A stretch of 64,000 bases of DNA from the NCBI GenBank assembly GCA_963675525.2, contig CAXXSL010000013.1:160001-224000 (forward strand). The letters are read 5' to 3'. This stretch comes from Anaerohalosphaeraceae bacterium (GTDB lineage Bacteria; Planctomycetota; Phycisphaerae; Sedimentisphaerales; Anaerohalosphaeraceae). Position numbers and translations under genes: made by a program. The notes below the pieces were generated by a model. It saw only the letters and a list, made by a program, of their open reading frames with translations, searched no databases and was not told where the DNA came from. This document shows positions 9,412 to 19,692 of the stretch, one piece after another; within the stretch, counting starts at the first letter, position 1; each line of letters opens with the position of its first letter.

Positions 9412-10529
9412 AAATTAAAGATATAGCTAATGCTGTTGAGCAAATCGCCCCGCTGGGGTTGGCGCAGGGGTGGGATAATGTTGGGTTTTTAATCGGCGAT
9501 CCGAATAAGGTGATTAAAAATATTCTGATTACCATTGATACGACGATGGCTGTGGTTGAAGAAGCCAAAAAGCAAAAGGCCGACTTGATTTTGTCCTATC
9601 ATCCGATTATATGGGATGGATTAAAGAAAATAACCGCCGATGGCGAAACGGCGAATGTCTATGCACTGATCAAAGCGGGCATCGGCGTGTTTTCGCTTCA
9701 TACGGCGCTGGATGTCGCCGCAGGCGGGGTCAATGATGCACTGGCGGATATTCTCGGTATCGAAAACGCAACGCCCATCGGCGATTACGTCGCCGACCCG
9801 GCCGGGCCCAAGTACAAAATCGTTACCTTTGTGCCGGACAATGCCATCAACACAGTGGCCGAGGCTTTATACGCCGCGGGCGCGGGTGCTATCGGCAACT
9901 ATTCGGAATGCGGCTTTATGCACGAAGGCGTCGGCACGTTCAAGCCGCTGGCCGGAGCCAATCCAACCATCGGCACGCAGGGCAAACGCCAGCGGGTCAG
10001 CGAAATCCGGCTCGAATCCGTCGCCCGCGCTGACAAAGTTGCCGCGGTGATTGCCGCCCTGCGCCAATCGCACCCTTACGAAACCCCGGCGTTTGACGTG
10101 TTTCAGCATTGCGACGTGGAAAACAAACTGGGCCTGGGCCGTATCGGCACACTGAAAACACCGCTTTCCATGGACAAAGCGATCGCCAATATTAAAAAAG
10201 TTACCGACTGCAAAGCCGTCGGTCTGGTCGGTCCGGCTAAACGAACGGTCAAAAAAGCGGCAGTTTGTGCCGGTTCCTGCGGGAAAATCATCAATTCCGT
10301 CATCGCACAGGGTGCGGACCTGTACCTGACCGGCGAACTGAAACACCATCAGGCTCTGGCCGCCCAGGAAGCGGGAATGACCTGTATTTGCCTGTCGCAT
10401 ACGGTTTCGGAACGATTTGCACTGAAAAATCTGGCAAAACAATTGAAAAATCGCCTCAAAAACGTCACAATACGCATCAGTAAGAAAGACAAGGACCCAT
10501 TTAATTGGGTATTGACTAATGATTATTGA
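9408..10529 (+). CDS. Nif3-like dinuclear metal center protein (YbgI/YqfO long form)
   Basis: WDNVG, YHP, HTALD...GGVND, HPYETPAFD, TGELKHH, SHTVSE motifs. Confidence 0.93.
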   Translation: MKIKDIANAVEQIAPLGLAQGWDNVGFLIGDPNKVIKNILITIDTTMAVVEEAKKQKADLILSYHPIIWDGLKKITADGETANVYALIKAGIGVFSLHTALDVAAGGVNDALADILGIENATPIGDYVADPAGPKYKIVTFVPDNAINTVAEALYAAGAGAIGNYSECGFMHEGVGTFKPLAGANPTIGTQGKRQRVSEIRLESVARADKVAAVIAALRQSHPYETPAFDVFQHCDVENKLGLGRIGTLKTPLSMDKAIANIKKVTDCKAVGLVGPAKRTVKKAAVCAGSCGKIINSVIAQGADLYLTGELKHHQALAAQEAGMTCICLSHTVSERFALKNLAKQLKNRLKNVTIRISKKDKDPFNWVLTNDY

Positions 10530-10551
10530 ATAATAAGTTTGGAAATCGTAA

Positions 10552-11268
10552 ATGACACAGAACGAAAAGATCGACATTGAGACAGATGAACAGGACGAAG
10601 CCGCCCAGCCGGAAGAAATAGAAGCGGAAGCGATAGTCGAAGAACAGCCGGAGCCTGAACAAGCCCCGGCCGACTCGGATCAGGATATGGATGATGATTT
10701 GGATGACGAACCGGACGACGAACCCGCTGAGGAGATTGACGAAATCGAGGCGACGCTTGAAACGGTTATCGAGTCGGTGCTGTTTGCCAGCGATGAACCG
10801 CTCAGTCCCAAGCGGCTGGTTGATATCGCCGAAGCCGGTTCCGTCAAGCGCATTCGCCAGTGCGTTAAAACGCTGAACAGAAAATATCGTGAGAACGGGA
10901 TTTCGTTCCGCATCGAAAAAATCTCCGGCGGTTACCAGATGATGACGCTGCCGGCGTTTAATCCGTGGATCAGCAAGCTCATCAAAGTGCGCTCCGACAA
11001 CAAGCTCACCCCCGCCGCACTGGAAACGCTGGCGATTGTGGCGTATAAACAGCCCATCATCCGCGCTGATGTCGAAGCCATCCGCGGCGTCGCTTCCGGC
11101 GAGATTCTGCGAAACCTCATGTACAAGGGAATGGTAAAAATCGTCGGCCGCGCCGAAATCCTCGGCCGCCCCATGCTCTACGGCACGACCAAAAAATTCC
11201 TCGACGTCTTCGGACTGAACACCCTCAAAGACCTGCCCAAAATTGAAGAACTCAAAGCCCCCGAATAA
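10552..11268 (+). CDS. scpB: SMC-Scp complex subunit ScpB
   Basis: ALETLAIVAYKQPI.RADVEAIRGV; GRPMLYGTTKKFLDVFGL. Confidence 0.95.
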   Translation: MTQNEKIDIETDEQDEAAQPEEIEAEAIVEEQPEPEQAPADSDQDMDDDLDDEPDDEPAEEIDEIEATLETVIESVLFASDEPLSPKRLVDIAEAGSVKRIRQCVKTLNRKYRENGISFRIEKISGGYQMMTLPAFNPWISKLIKVRSDNKLTPAALETLAIVAYKQPIIRADVEAIRGVASGEILRNLMYKGMVKIVGRAEILGRPMLYGTTKKFLDVFGLNTLKDLPKIEELKAPE

Positions 11269-11320
11269 TGGGAACGCGGGCCTCTCACCCGTTTTAATTT
11301 AGCCACCGAGGACACCGAGG
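11269..11320 (+). repeat. Decayed TGGGA-type REP plus 9-mer tandem repeat
   Basis: TGGGAACGCGGGCCTCTCACCCGT (cf. 54038) then CCACCGAGGACACCGAGG. Confidence 0.65.
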
Positions 11321-11344
11321 TTTAAGAAAAAAGGAAGGATTGGC

Positions 11345-11800
11345 ATGAAACAGAAAAAATACTCTGATTCCAAAATTAAGACGGCACAGAAATTCCTGTC
11401 AAAATATGATCTTCCTTTTGAAACGTTGGATGAATCTCAAAAAAAGGTTGTAATCAATTACACGGGGGTTAAAAAATTATTTTGGCTCGTTTTAGCTGCA
11501 CTTATCTTTGGTTTTGTCGTTGATTTTTGGGGAGCGTGTCTAATTTATAGTCACTCACAAACTATTTTCGACCAAGCTGCAGAAAGATCTGCTTCCGCAG
11601 AAAAAATCAACCTTCACACAGATGAGAGATTATGCTTTATGCAGGGATTTACTGTCGGATTAGAGGCTTGTGCCGCATTAGTCATGCTTAGTTGTATTAT
11701 TATGTTTATAATGATTTCACGATGGCGGGGGCAAGTTTTCGATGCGTTTTTACCATCTCTAAAAAACAATATAGATAATGACCAAACTCCAATCGACTAA
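11345..11800 (+). CDS. Hypothetical 2-TM membrane protein, AT-rich
   Basis: 151-aa ORF with AAGGA RBS; 3' end overlaps mutY. Confidence 0.7.
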   Translation: MKQKKYSDSKIKTAQKFLSKYDLPFETLDESQKKVVINYTGVKKLFWLVLAALIFGFVVDFWGACLIYSHSQTIFDQAAERSASAEKINLHTDERLCFMQGFTVGLEACAALVMLSCIIMFIMISRWRGQVFDAFLPSLKNNIDNDQTPID

Positions 11801-12848
11801 GATTCAAACGTTGCTGTTGAAGTGGTTTCGCGCCAATGCCCGTGACCTGCCGTGGCGGAAGAACCGCACACCGTATGCGGTTTGGGTTTCTGAAATCATG
11901 CTCCAGCAAACACAGGTTGCTACCGTCATCGACTATTTCAATCGCTTCCTGAAACGCTTTCCGACCGTGGAAAAACTGGCCCGGGCCAAACAGGATAGCA
12001 TACTGAAACTGTGGGAGGGTTTAGGCTATTACAGCCGGGGTCGCAATCTGCACAAGGGCGCCAAACTCATTGTCAGCGACTACAATGGTCAACTTCCCGA
12101 CACCCTTGACGAACTGCAGAAAATCCCCGGTATTGGTCGTTATACCGCCGGAGCGATTGCCAGCATTGCGTTTAATAAGCCCGCTCCGATTCTTGACGGC
12201 AATGTCATTCGTGTGCTGTGCCGGCTTTTTCGCATCAAGGGTAATCCCAAAGACACCGCCGTCAAAAACAAACTTTGGGAATTGGCCGATATGCTGGTGC
12301 ATACCAAACACCCCGGCGACTTCAACGAAGCGATGATGGAACTGGGCGCGATGGTCTGCACACCATCCAATCCCCTGTGTTCATCGTGCCCCCTGATGAA
12401 AACCTGCGAAGCGTTTAAACATAACGAACAGGAAAGCCTGCCGTTCAAGCAAAAGCAAGCCCGGCTGCCGCATTATACCATCGTTGTCGGGGTTGTTTAT
12501 AAAGACGGCAAAATCCTGATTGACAAGCGCAAACAGAACGCCCTGCTCGGCGGGTTGTGGGAATTTCCCGGCGGCAAAAAACGAAAAGACGAATCATTCA
12601 AAGCCGCTGTCACGCGTGAGGTGAAAGAAGAAACCGGCATCCACATCAAAGTCGGCAAGCGCCAGTGCATCGTCAAGCACACGTATTCACACTTCAAAAT
12701 CACCCTGCATGCTTATTTATGCGATTATAAATCCGGCACGGCAAAACCGCTGGGCTGCGATGCGGTTAAATGGGTAACGCCGAAAGAATTAAAAAGATAC
12801 GCCTTCCCCGGAGCCAATATAAAAATCATTAAGCATTTAACATCTTAA
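11778..12848 (+). CDS. mutY: A/G-specific adenine glycosylase MutY with Nudix C-terminal domain
   Basis: WVSEIMLQQTQV, PGIGRYTAGAI, DGNV, Fe-S cluster Cys motif, WEFPGG. Confidence 0.96.
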   Translation: MTKLQSTKIQTLLLKWFRANARDLPWRKNRTPYAVWVSEIMLQQTQVATVIDYFNRFLKRFPTVEKLARAKQDSILKLWEGLGYYSRGRNLHKGAKLIVSDYNGQLPDTLDELQKIPGIGRYTAGAIASIAFNKPAPILDGNVIRVLCRLFRIKGNPKDTAVKNKLWELADMLVHTKHPGDFNEAMMELGAMVCTPSNPLCSSCPLMKTCEAFKHNEQESLPFKQKQARLPHYTIVVGVVYKDGKILIDKRKQNALLGGLWEFPGGKKRKDESFKAAVTREVKEETGIHIKVGKRQCIVKHTYSHFKITLHAYLCDYKSGTAKPLGCDAVKWVTPKELKRYAFPGANIKIIKHLTS

Positions 12849-12883
12849 CGCCCCCTGCGCTGGCGATTCGGGCTTTTGTTTAC

Positions 12884-13315
12884 CTAAAACCCGTACGCCT
12901 TTTTCAACTGTTCTTCTGTCGGCATGGTGTCGTACATTTCGCCTCGCGGGCCGACGTAGCCGCCGGAAGCAGTTTTGGTCAGTTTTACCGGTGTCTTCGA
13001 GCCATTGCTGTTGGTCAGCCAGACCGTCACCGTGTTAGCATCGTTCTGCACGGTTTGTGCCCGCGTTTGAGCTTGCTGTTGGGCTTGCTGTTCTTTTTTC
13101 TTATCATCCATGCTGCCCAGGATATACCCGGCGCCTGCCCCGACGCCCGCCCCGATCATGGTCGATTTTGTATCGCCGCCAGCCAATTGGCCGACACCCG
13201 CTCCGATCGCCGTGCCCCAGGCAGCCTTGCTCTGGGCCTCGGTTTCACACCCGCCGACCGCCAAAATCCCGAATCCCGCGGCAATAACCAATATTGCTGT
13301 TATCAGATGTCTCAT
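12884..13315 (-). CDS. Glycine-zipper lipoprotein
   Basis: Lipobox-like VGGC; GTAIGAGVG/IGAGVGAGAG. Confidence 0.8.
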   Translation of the reverse strand: MRHLITAILVIAAGFGILAVGGCETEAQSKAAWGTAIGAGVGQLAGGDTKSTMIGAGVGAGAGYILGSMDDKKKEQQAQQQAQTRAQTVQNDANTVTVWLTNSNGSKTPVKLTKTASGGYVGPRGEMYDTMPTEEQLKKAYGF

Positions 13316-13462
13316 AACAATTACTCCTTTTCTATGGGTTTTTCTGTTCGCTACTTATTCTACTTAAAATAACGGCCTTTGTTCTGACTTGTAAAAGCCG
13401 CCGGTATATCTTATAATCGGCCAAACTATGTTAAAAGCTGAGGAAAATGTACAGGAGTTAAC

Positions 13463-14263
13463 ATGAAACCGGGATTAATCATAACTGGAGCCGCCGGACG
13501 GATGGGAAAACGCATTCTGGCCCTGTCGGTAGAGCAAAAAGCTTTTAACCTCGTCGGGGCGGTCGATTACCCCGAACATCCCGACCTTGGCAAGGACATC
13601 GGCACATTAGCCGGTATGGAATCGGTGAATGTGGAACTATCCGCCGATTTTCCGGAAACAGCCGATGTCATGATCGATTTTTCGCTGCCGGTTGCCGCAG
13701 ATGCCTCGATTGATTATTGCGCCAAAAACAATGTTGCCCTTGTCATGGGGACGACGGGGTTGTCCGAGGCACAGATTGAAAAGCTGAAACAGGCAAGTCA
13801 AAAGATCGCCATCATGCAGGCCACGAATATGAGCCTCGGCATGAACCTGCTGTTCGCTATGGTCGGCAAGGTCGCCAAATCACTCGGCGAAGAGTACGAC
13901 ATCGAGATCGTCGAGGCCCATCACCGCTTTAAAAAGGATGCTCCCAGCGGCAGCGCCCTGTCGCTGGCTGAAGCGATCTGTAAAGAAACCGGCCGCGACT
14001 GGCCGGGGTGCCTGACGCATGGTCGCGAAGGCAAAGACGCCCTGCGTCAAAAAGGGACCATCGGGATGCACGCAGTCCGCGCCGGTGATATTGTCGGCCG
14101 GCACAGTGTGATTTACAGCACACTCGGCGAGACAATCACTATCGCCCACAACGCCCACACACGCGATACGTTCGCACGGGGGGCTATCCGCGCCGCCGAA
14201 TGGCTGATCGCCCAAAAACCGGGACTTTACAACATGCTCGACGTGCTCGGTTTAAAAGAATAA
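13463..14263 (+). CDS. dapB: 4-hydroxy-tetrahydrodipicolinate reductase
   Basis: GAAGRMG, GTTG, EAHHRFKKDAPSGSA. Confidence 0.97.
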   Translation: MKPGLIITGAAGRMGKRILALSVEQKAFNLVGAVDYPEHPDLGKDIGTLAGMESVNVELSADFPETADVMIDFSLPVAADASIDYCAKNNVALVMGTTGLSEAQIEKLKQASQKIAIMQATNMSLGMNLLFAMVGKVAKSLGEEYDIEIVEAHHRFKKDAPSGSALSLAEAICKETGRDWPGCLTHGREGKDALRQKGTIGMHAVRAGDIVGRHSVIYSTLGETITIAHNAHTRDTFARGAIRAAEWLIAQKPGLYNMLDVLGLKE

Positions 14264-14305
14264 CAACTATCGCTATTATCAGCATGGGGGCACGATTCTT
14301 CATAA

Positions 14306-15694
14306 GTGCAAAGCAATAACATTAAAATAATCAGAAAACCAAGAGAGGACGAAATGATTCGGCAACCAAAAATCATGCGATATTTAAAGACATCTGTATG
14401 TTGCTTTTTTTTAGTTTTGGCACCTGCTTTTCCAGTAGGTAATAAACACGTTTTTCCTGATACCCGCTCTGATAACTTGCCGCCAAAAATCAAGTACCTG
14501 TTCGACTTTGGGGCCGGTCCGGTTGAAAATGGATACACTCAAGTCACTTCCGACATGCTTTATACCTCAGAACGGGGCTTCGGTTTTCTCGAAAATAATA
14601 ACGTTTCCATGCAAGACCGGAAAATCCCCCATGCTTTGAATACGGATTTCTGCACGAGCGAGGAGCCCTTCCTGTTTTCCGTCGATGTCCCCGAAGAAGG
14701 CAATTACCGTGTCACGATGATCTTGGGCGGCGATACGGAGCCGTCTTCGATGGTCGTCAAAGCCGAATCACGCCGGCTGATGCTGGAAAACATCGAGACA
14801 CAACCCGGCATATCGATAACCCGAACCATCGCTGTCAACGTGCGCAACAGTCTTATCCCCGGCGGCGGGAAGGTTCGCCTCAAAAGCCGGGAAATTGGCG
14901 TATTCCACTGGGACAATAGTCTGACTCTGGAATTCAACGGAAAACACCCCTGTATCTGTGCGATTGAAATTGAAAAAGCCGACGATCTGGTAACTGTGTT
15001 TCTGGCAGGCGATTCAACCGTCACCGACCAGACAAAAGAACCGTGGACCTCATGGGGACAGATGTTGACGCGGTTTTTTAAACCCGAGGCCGCCATTGCC
15101 AATTATGCTGAATCCGGTGAGACGCTCAGCGCATTTATGGGCGAAAAGCGGTTGGAGAAACTCCTGACCCAAATAAAAGCGGGCGACTACCTGCTTGTCC
15201 AGTTCGCCCACAATGACATGAAACGCGGAACACCGGAGGAAATCGGGTATCAAAAATCACTGAAACATTTTATTGATGAAGCTCGAAAGCGGGAGGCTCA
15301 TCCCGTACTTGTAACATCGATGCATCGCCGCTCTTTCGGTGACAACGGAAAAGTTCTCGATACCATGAAAGGCTTTCCCGAGGCGATGCGCCGGGTGGCA
15401 ATAGAAGAAAATGTTCCGTTGATCGACCTGCATACAATGAGCCGGGCCTTTTATGAAGCCATGGGGCCGGAAGAGTCGGCCAAAGCGTTTCAGGACGGTA
15501 CACACCACAACGCCTACGGAGCTTATGAACTGGCCAAATGCATCATTGAAGGCATCAAAGCCAACGTTCCGGCACTGGTCCCCTACCTGGTCAATGATGT
15601 GCCGCCTTTCGATCCGGCCAAACCGGATGCGGTTGATTCGCTTAATATTCCCGCCAGCCCCATGAGTTCTGACACAAAACCGGAAGGCAGTTAG
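14306..15694 (+). CDS. Rhamnogalacturonan acetylesterase (CE12, SGNH/GDSL); true start probably a downstream ATG
   Basis: FLAGDSTV, SWGQML, QFAHND, DGTHHN. Confidence 0.88.
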   Translation: MQSNNIKIIRKPREDEMIRQPKIMRYLKTSVCCFFLVLAPAFPVGNKHVFPDTRSDNLPPKIKYLFDFGAGPVENGYTQVTSDMLYTSERGFGFLENNNVSMQDRKIPHALNTDFCTSEEPFLFSVDVPEEGNYRVTMILGGDTEPSSMVVKAESRRLMLENIETQPGISITRTIAVNVRNSLIPGGGKVRLKSREIGVFHWDNSLTLEFNGKHPCICAIEIEKADDLVTVFLAGDSTVTDQTKEPWTSWGQMLTRFFKPEAAIANYAESGETLSAFMGEKRLEKLLTQIKAGDYLLVQFAHNDMKRGTPEEIGYQKSLKHFIDEARKREAHPVLVTSMHRRSFGDNGKVLDTMKGFPEAMRRVAIEENVPLIDLHTMSRAFYEAMGPEESAKAFQDGTHHNAYGAYELAKCIIEGIKANVPALVPYLVNDVPPFDPAKPDAVDSLNIPASPMSSDTKPEGS

Positions 15695-15827
15695 ATAAAT
15701 AAATTTCATTCAAACTAGATTTTTCAGTTTAATATTGAAATAAAAAACGGCTTTATTCTGTTTTTATTGACAGAATGAGGGGGAGTTTGCAATGTTTTCG
15801 AAAAATAAGAGAAAGGTAAGAATAACT

Positions 15828-17594
15828 ATGAATAAAACAGGCTGGCTTTCAATCTTTGCAATTTTGGTCGTTTTTACGGTTCAATCTCAGGCACGCAGAC
15901 CCGCTGAATCGCTTGACCGGGGGCTTGTCGCCATCGCCCAATCCGAAAACGAGGTTTATCTGGGTTGGCGTTTGCTGAAAAACGACCCGGCGAATGTCGC
16001 TTTTAATATATACCGCTCTACCGACGGTGCCGACGCCGTTAAACTGAATGAACAGCCGATTACACAAACAACCAACTTTCTCGACAAAAAAGCCCCCTTG
16101 GGTCAACCGAATGCTTGGTGGGTTTGTCCGGTCATTGGCAACACGGAACAGGCCTCTTCTGCTCGTGTCGAACTGACGACCAATCCGCCTGCCAGGCAGT
16201 ACATTTCCATACCATTTCAGGGTGGTTATGTCTGCAGCAAAGTCGCCCTTGCTGATTTGAACGGGGACGGTAAACTGGATTTTGTCATCAAGCAGCCTAA
16301 GCAGACGACAGATCCCGGGGTCTGGCGCAAAAGCACAGACACGTTCAAAGTGGAAGCCTATCTTAATGACGGCACCTTTTTATGGCAAAAAGATCTTGGC
16401 TGGAACATCGAACAAGGGGTCTGGTGGTCACCGATGGTCGCATTTGATTTTGACGGCGATGGCAAAGCCGAAGTTGCCTGCAAAACCGCACCGACCGATG
16501 TGGACTATCGCAACAAGGAAGACCATCCCTACCCGGGACGGGTGATGAGCGGGCCGGAGTATTGTTCGATACTGGACGGCATGACGGGCAAGGAACTGGA
16601 CCGTGTGGACTGGCCCGTGCGGGGCAACATCGCTGACTGGGGTGACGAAAAGAACAATCGTGCCTCCCGTCACCTGATGGGCGTAGCGTACCTGGACGGC
16701 GAGCATCCAAGCTTGCTGGTACTGCGTGGGACATATACCCTGATGCGTGTGGATGCGTATAATCTGGTCGACAGAAAACTGCAACCCGTGTGGAAATGGA
16801 ACGGTGAAGATGAATCTCCCAAAGTCCGCGGTCAGGGCATGCACGGCATGCACGCCGCTGACATCGATGATGACGGGCGCGATGAAGTCATCCTGGGTTC
16901 AGCGGTGCTGGATGATAGCGGCAAAATCTTATGGAACACAGGACTGGGCCACCCGGACGGCTGTTATGTCACGGATATTTACCCGGACCGGCCGGGCCTG
17001 GAGATCATGTACGGAATCGAACCGCGACAACAAAAAAACGCGATTTGTGTTGCTGACGCAAAAACCGGAGAAATTCTGTGGGGCCACGACAAACCCACAA
17101 CACACATTCACAGCCAGGGAATGTTCGCAAACTTTGATCCCGCCAATCCCGGGTTGGAATATTATACCGGTGAAAAAGACCGCTCACAGCATTGGATGTA
17201 CAGCGTGGACGGAAAACTGCTATCCACGGAGAATCTCGGAACTCTGAGTCCCAAAGCGCTGTATTGGCTGGATGGGTCATTGAAGGTTTACGCTGACGAC
17301 CATGGAGAGGTCAGGCTCTATAATGGCCCGAAGATTGGCAATTATGAGGGCCGGATTCTGGCAGTGGCGGATTGTCTCGGCGACTGGCGTGAGGAGTTTA
17401 TCACTTCGGTTCCCGGCGAATTGCGGATTTATACCACAACCATACCCGCCAGAGACCGGCATGTCTGCCTGATGCAGGACAACATTTACCGTCTGGATGT
17501 TGCGATGGTGTCAATGGGCTATCTTTATCCCCCGCAGCTAAGTTATTACCTGACGCAGGAGACATCTGCCGCAACCGCCTCAGGTCAGAAATAA
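15828..17594 (+). CDS. Rhamnogalacturonan lyase (PL11, YesW/YesX-like)
   Basis: ESLDRGLVA, VYLGWRLL, DFDGDGKAEV, RGTY, GQGMH, ADCLGDWREE, LMQDNIYR. Confidence 0.9.
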   Translation: MNKTGWLSIFAILVVFTVQSQARRPAESLDRGLVAIAQSENEVYLGWRLLKNDPANVAFNIYRSTDGADAVKLNEQPITQTTNFLDKKAPLGQPNAWWVCPVIGNTEQASSARVELTTNPPARQYISIPFQGGYVCSKVALADLNGDGKLDFVIKQPKQTTDPGVWRKSTDTFKVEAYLNDGTFLWQKDLGWNIEQGVWWSPMVAFDFDGDGKAEVACKTAPTDVDYRNKEDHPYPGRVMSGPEYCSILDGMTGKELDRVDWPVRGNIADWGDEKNNRASRHLMGVAYLDGEHPSLLVLRGTYTLMRVDAYNLVDRKLQPVWKWNGEDESPKVRGQGMHGMHAADIDDDGRDEVILGSAVLDDSGKILWNTGLGHPDGCYVTDIYPDRPGLEIMYGIEPRQQKNAICVADAKTGEILWGHDKPTTHIHSQGMFANFDPANPGLEYYTGEKDRSQHWMYSVDGKLLSTENLGTLSPKALYWLDGSLKVYADDHGEVRLYNGPKIGNYEGRILAVADCLGDWREEFITSVPGELRIYTTTIPARDRHVCLMQDNIYRLDVAMVSMGYLYPPQLSYYLTQETSAATASGQK

Positions 17595-17708
17595 TTTTAG
17601 GGACAAGAATCGCCGCGAGAACGATGAGAACTCAAAGAGGAAATCCCGGCAGAATCATCATGCCGTTAATCCTCGGCATCACCGTACCCATATATTGTAA
17701 ACGGTTTC

Positions 17709-18839
17709 TTATGTCAATCCGTCGGGGTGCTCGAGCATTTTTTTGACATAGTCGAGGAACTGTGCTGCTTCGGCGCCATTGACAATCTTGTGATCGACCG
17801 ACAGCGTCATGTTCATAACTTTTCGTACTTGCGGCCCCTTTTCTCCCGGCAGTACCACATCCTGAATGGAGCCGAGCCCCAGAATACTCGTTTGTCCCGG
17901 TACGACGATTGGAATGAACGAATCCACGCCGAATCCACCGAGATTGCTAACTGTAATGCAGCCGCCTTCCAGGTCATCCAGCATCAGCTTACCATTATTT
18001 GTCCGTTCGATCAGCTCTCTGCATGACAGACTGATCTGCTGGACAGTTTTACCGCCGCAGTCCTTGACGATAGGCGCCACCAACCCCTCATCGGTAGAAA
18101 TGGCCAGACCGATATCAATGTGATCAGCCAGACGGATAAAGTCGCCCGCCAGTTTACCGGTCATGATCGGGTAATGGGCGATGCTCAGTGCCAGTGCCCG
18201 CAGAATAATATCATTGAATGAAATGCTCTCTTTGCCGTCCCCGTTCAATTCATTGCGCAGCGAGATCGCGGCGGTCATATCCACCCGAACATTGAGATAA
18301 AAACACGGGATGTTCTGTTTGGAATAGACCATCTTCTCGGCAATCACTTTCTGTAAGTGTGTCAGAGGTATTTTCTGACCGAGTTTATACTCTGATATCC
18401 GCCGAGATTTTTTGGAATCATTATGGCGGAGGTCCGCTTCGAGGATGCGAATTGCCTCCGGCGGCGTTGTCGCAGCCAGATCAACACCCAATTCACGAGC
18501 GATTACTTGCACAGGCGACGGCGACTGTGTGATGGATTCGGAAGATGAAACTGCCGCAGTACCCTGACGCAGATGCTGAAGACATGCTGAAATATCTTCA
18601 GCCGCATGGCCCAGTATCAGCATCGGCGTATCGACAGGCACGGTGTGACCGGCTCCGACAAGAACGGCACGAACAAAACCGTTGTCGGCAGATTCAACCT
18701 CAACGGTAGCCTTATCTGTCTCGATCTCATACAGGATATCACCGGGCGCAACTTCATCGCCAATCTGCACCCGCATTCGGAGCAGAGTCGCTTCCTGCAT
18801 CGACTGGCCCAGTTTGGGAAGCCTTACTTCCTTTGCCAT
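17709..18839 (-). CDS. 2-oxoacid dehydrogenase E2 (dihydrolipoamide acyltransferase)
   Basis: Lipoyl motif EIETDKA; SNLGGFG; DHKIVNG. Confidence 0.9.
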   Translation of the reverse strand: MAKEVRLPKLGQSMQEATLLRMRVQIGDEVAPGDILYEIETDKATVEVESADNGFVRAVLVGAGHTVPVDTPMLILGHAAEDISACLQHLRQGTAAVSSSESITQSPSPVQVIARELGVDLAATTPPEAIRILEADLRHNDSKKSRRISEYKLGQKIPLTHLQKVIAEKMVYSKQNIPCFYLNVRVDMTAAISLRNELNGDGKESISFNDIILRALALSIAHYPIMTGKLAGDFIRLADHIDIGLAISTDEGLVAPIVKDCGGKTVQQISLSCRELIERTNNGKLMLDDLEGGCITVSNLGGFGVDSFIPIVVPGQTSILGLGSIQDVVLPGEKGPQVRKVMNMTLSVDHKIVNGAEAAQFLDYVKKMLEHPDGLT

Positions 18840-18999
18840 TTCGTTTCCTTTCGTCCTCACTTTGCTTACGTCTGGGCTATACTGTATCGATAATCCGGCC
18901 TGAAATCAAATAAAAACATCGCTTAGTAAATGGTACTGAAAAAGGGGGGTTTACAGAAATGTCCGAAGTAAAAGATGGCAACCGCCCGGGAAGCGCTCC

Positions 19000-19329
19000 T
19001 TAGCGGCCCACCGAAACCGCCGTTTTGAGGAAGTCGATAAATCGGCTGAGCCGATTCTTGTCAAAATGTTCATACAGCAAAGCAGTGAGGTTTTGAAATT
19101 CCAGATAATAACGTAAGGCAGCCGGGTCGCACGCGAGCCATTTTTCCATTCTTAATAAGTAACGTTCCTCCAGTACCCCATCCTGTGCCTTCATGATCAT
19201 CACACCCAATCGTTCATGTTTTTTTTCTTCAGCAGTAACCGGCTCTTCCTGAGAAGTCGCTCCGGCTTGGTCGCAAAGCTCGAGCATCTCATCGATCTCA
19301 GCCTGTAATTTATTGATTTTCCGAAACAT
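19000..19329 (-). CDS. Hypothetical protein resembling the N-terminal domain of planctomycete FecR-like anti-sigma factors
   Basis: DGVL...RMEKWLACDPAALRYYLEFQNLTALL; AAGGA RBS. Confidence 0.55.
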   Translation of the reverse strand: MFRKINKLQAEIDEMLELCDQAGATSQEEPVTAEEKKHERLGVMIMKAQDGVLEERYLLRMEKWLACDPAALRYYLEFQNLTALLYEHFDKNRLSRFIDFLKTAVSVGR

Positions 19330-19692
19330 TTTTCAAGTCCTTGCTGCTGATTTTACTTGAATTCAACACCACCTCCTGATAAGAGGCCAAAACAACTCTT
19401 TTCTAATATCGGTTCATTTTCCCATCAACTTAAACAGTTTGTCGGCTAAGGGCCTTATCGGACAATGCCGAAATCGAAATAAAAACCCGTCTGTTGCTAT
19501 ATCCATTTATATCAGGATATACTGAATGTACCGGATTTACCGGATTTACCGAATATATCGATCATACTCATTATAACACCTTTAACGGTCTTGAAAAGAA
19601 AGAAAATAGCTGAAATTCAGGGGTCCCCTGTTAAGTGACACCCTTTTTTTATCGATATTTTTACTGATTATATTGACGCAGGGAAACCACCT

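Noticed and set aside
11345..11410. N-terminus of the inserted gene as a captured mutY start
   Set aside because: SKIKTAQKFL vs TKIQTLLLKW is too weak to support
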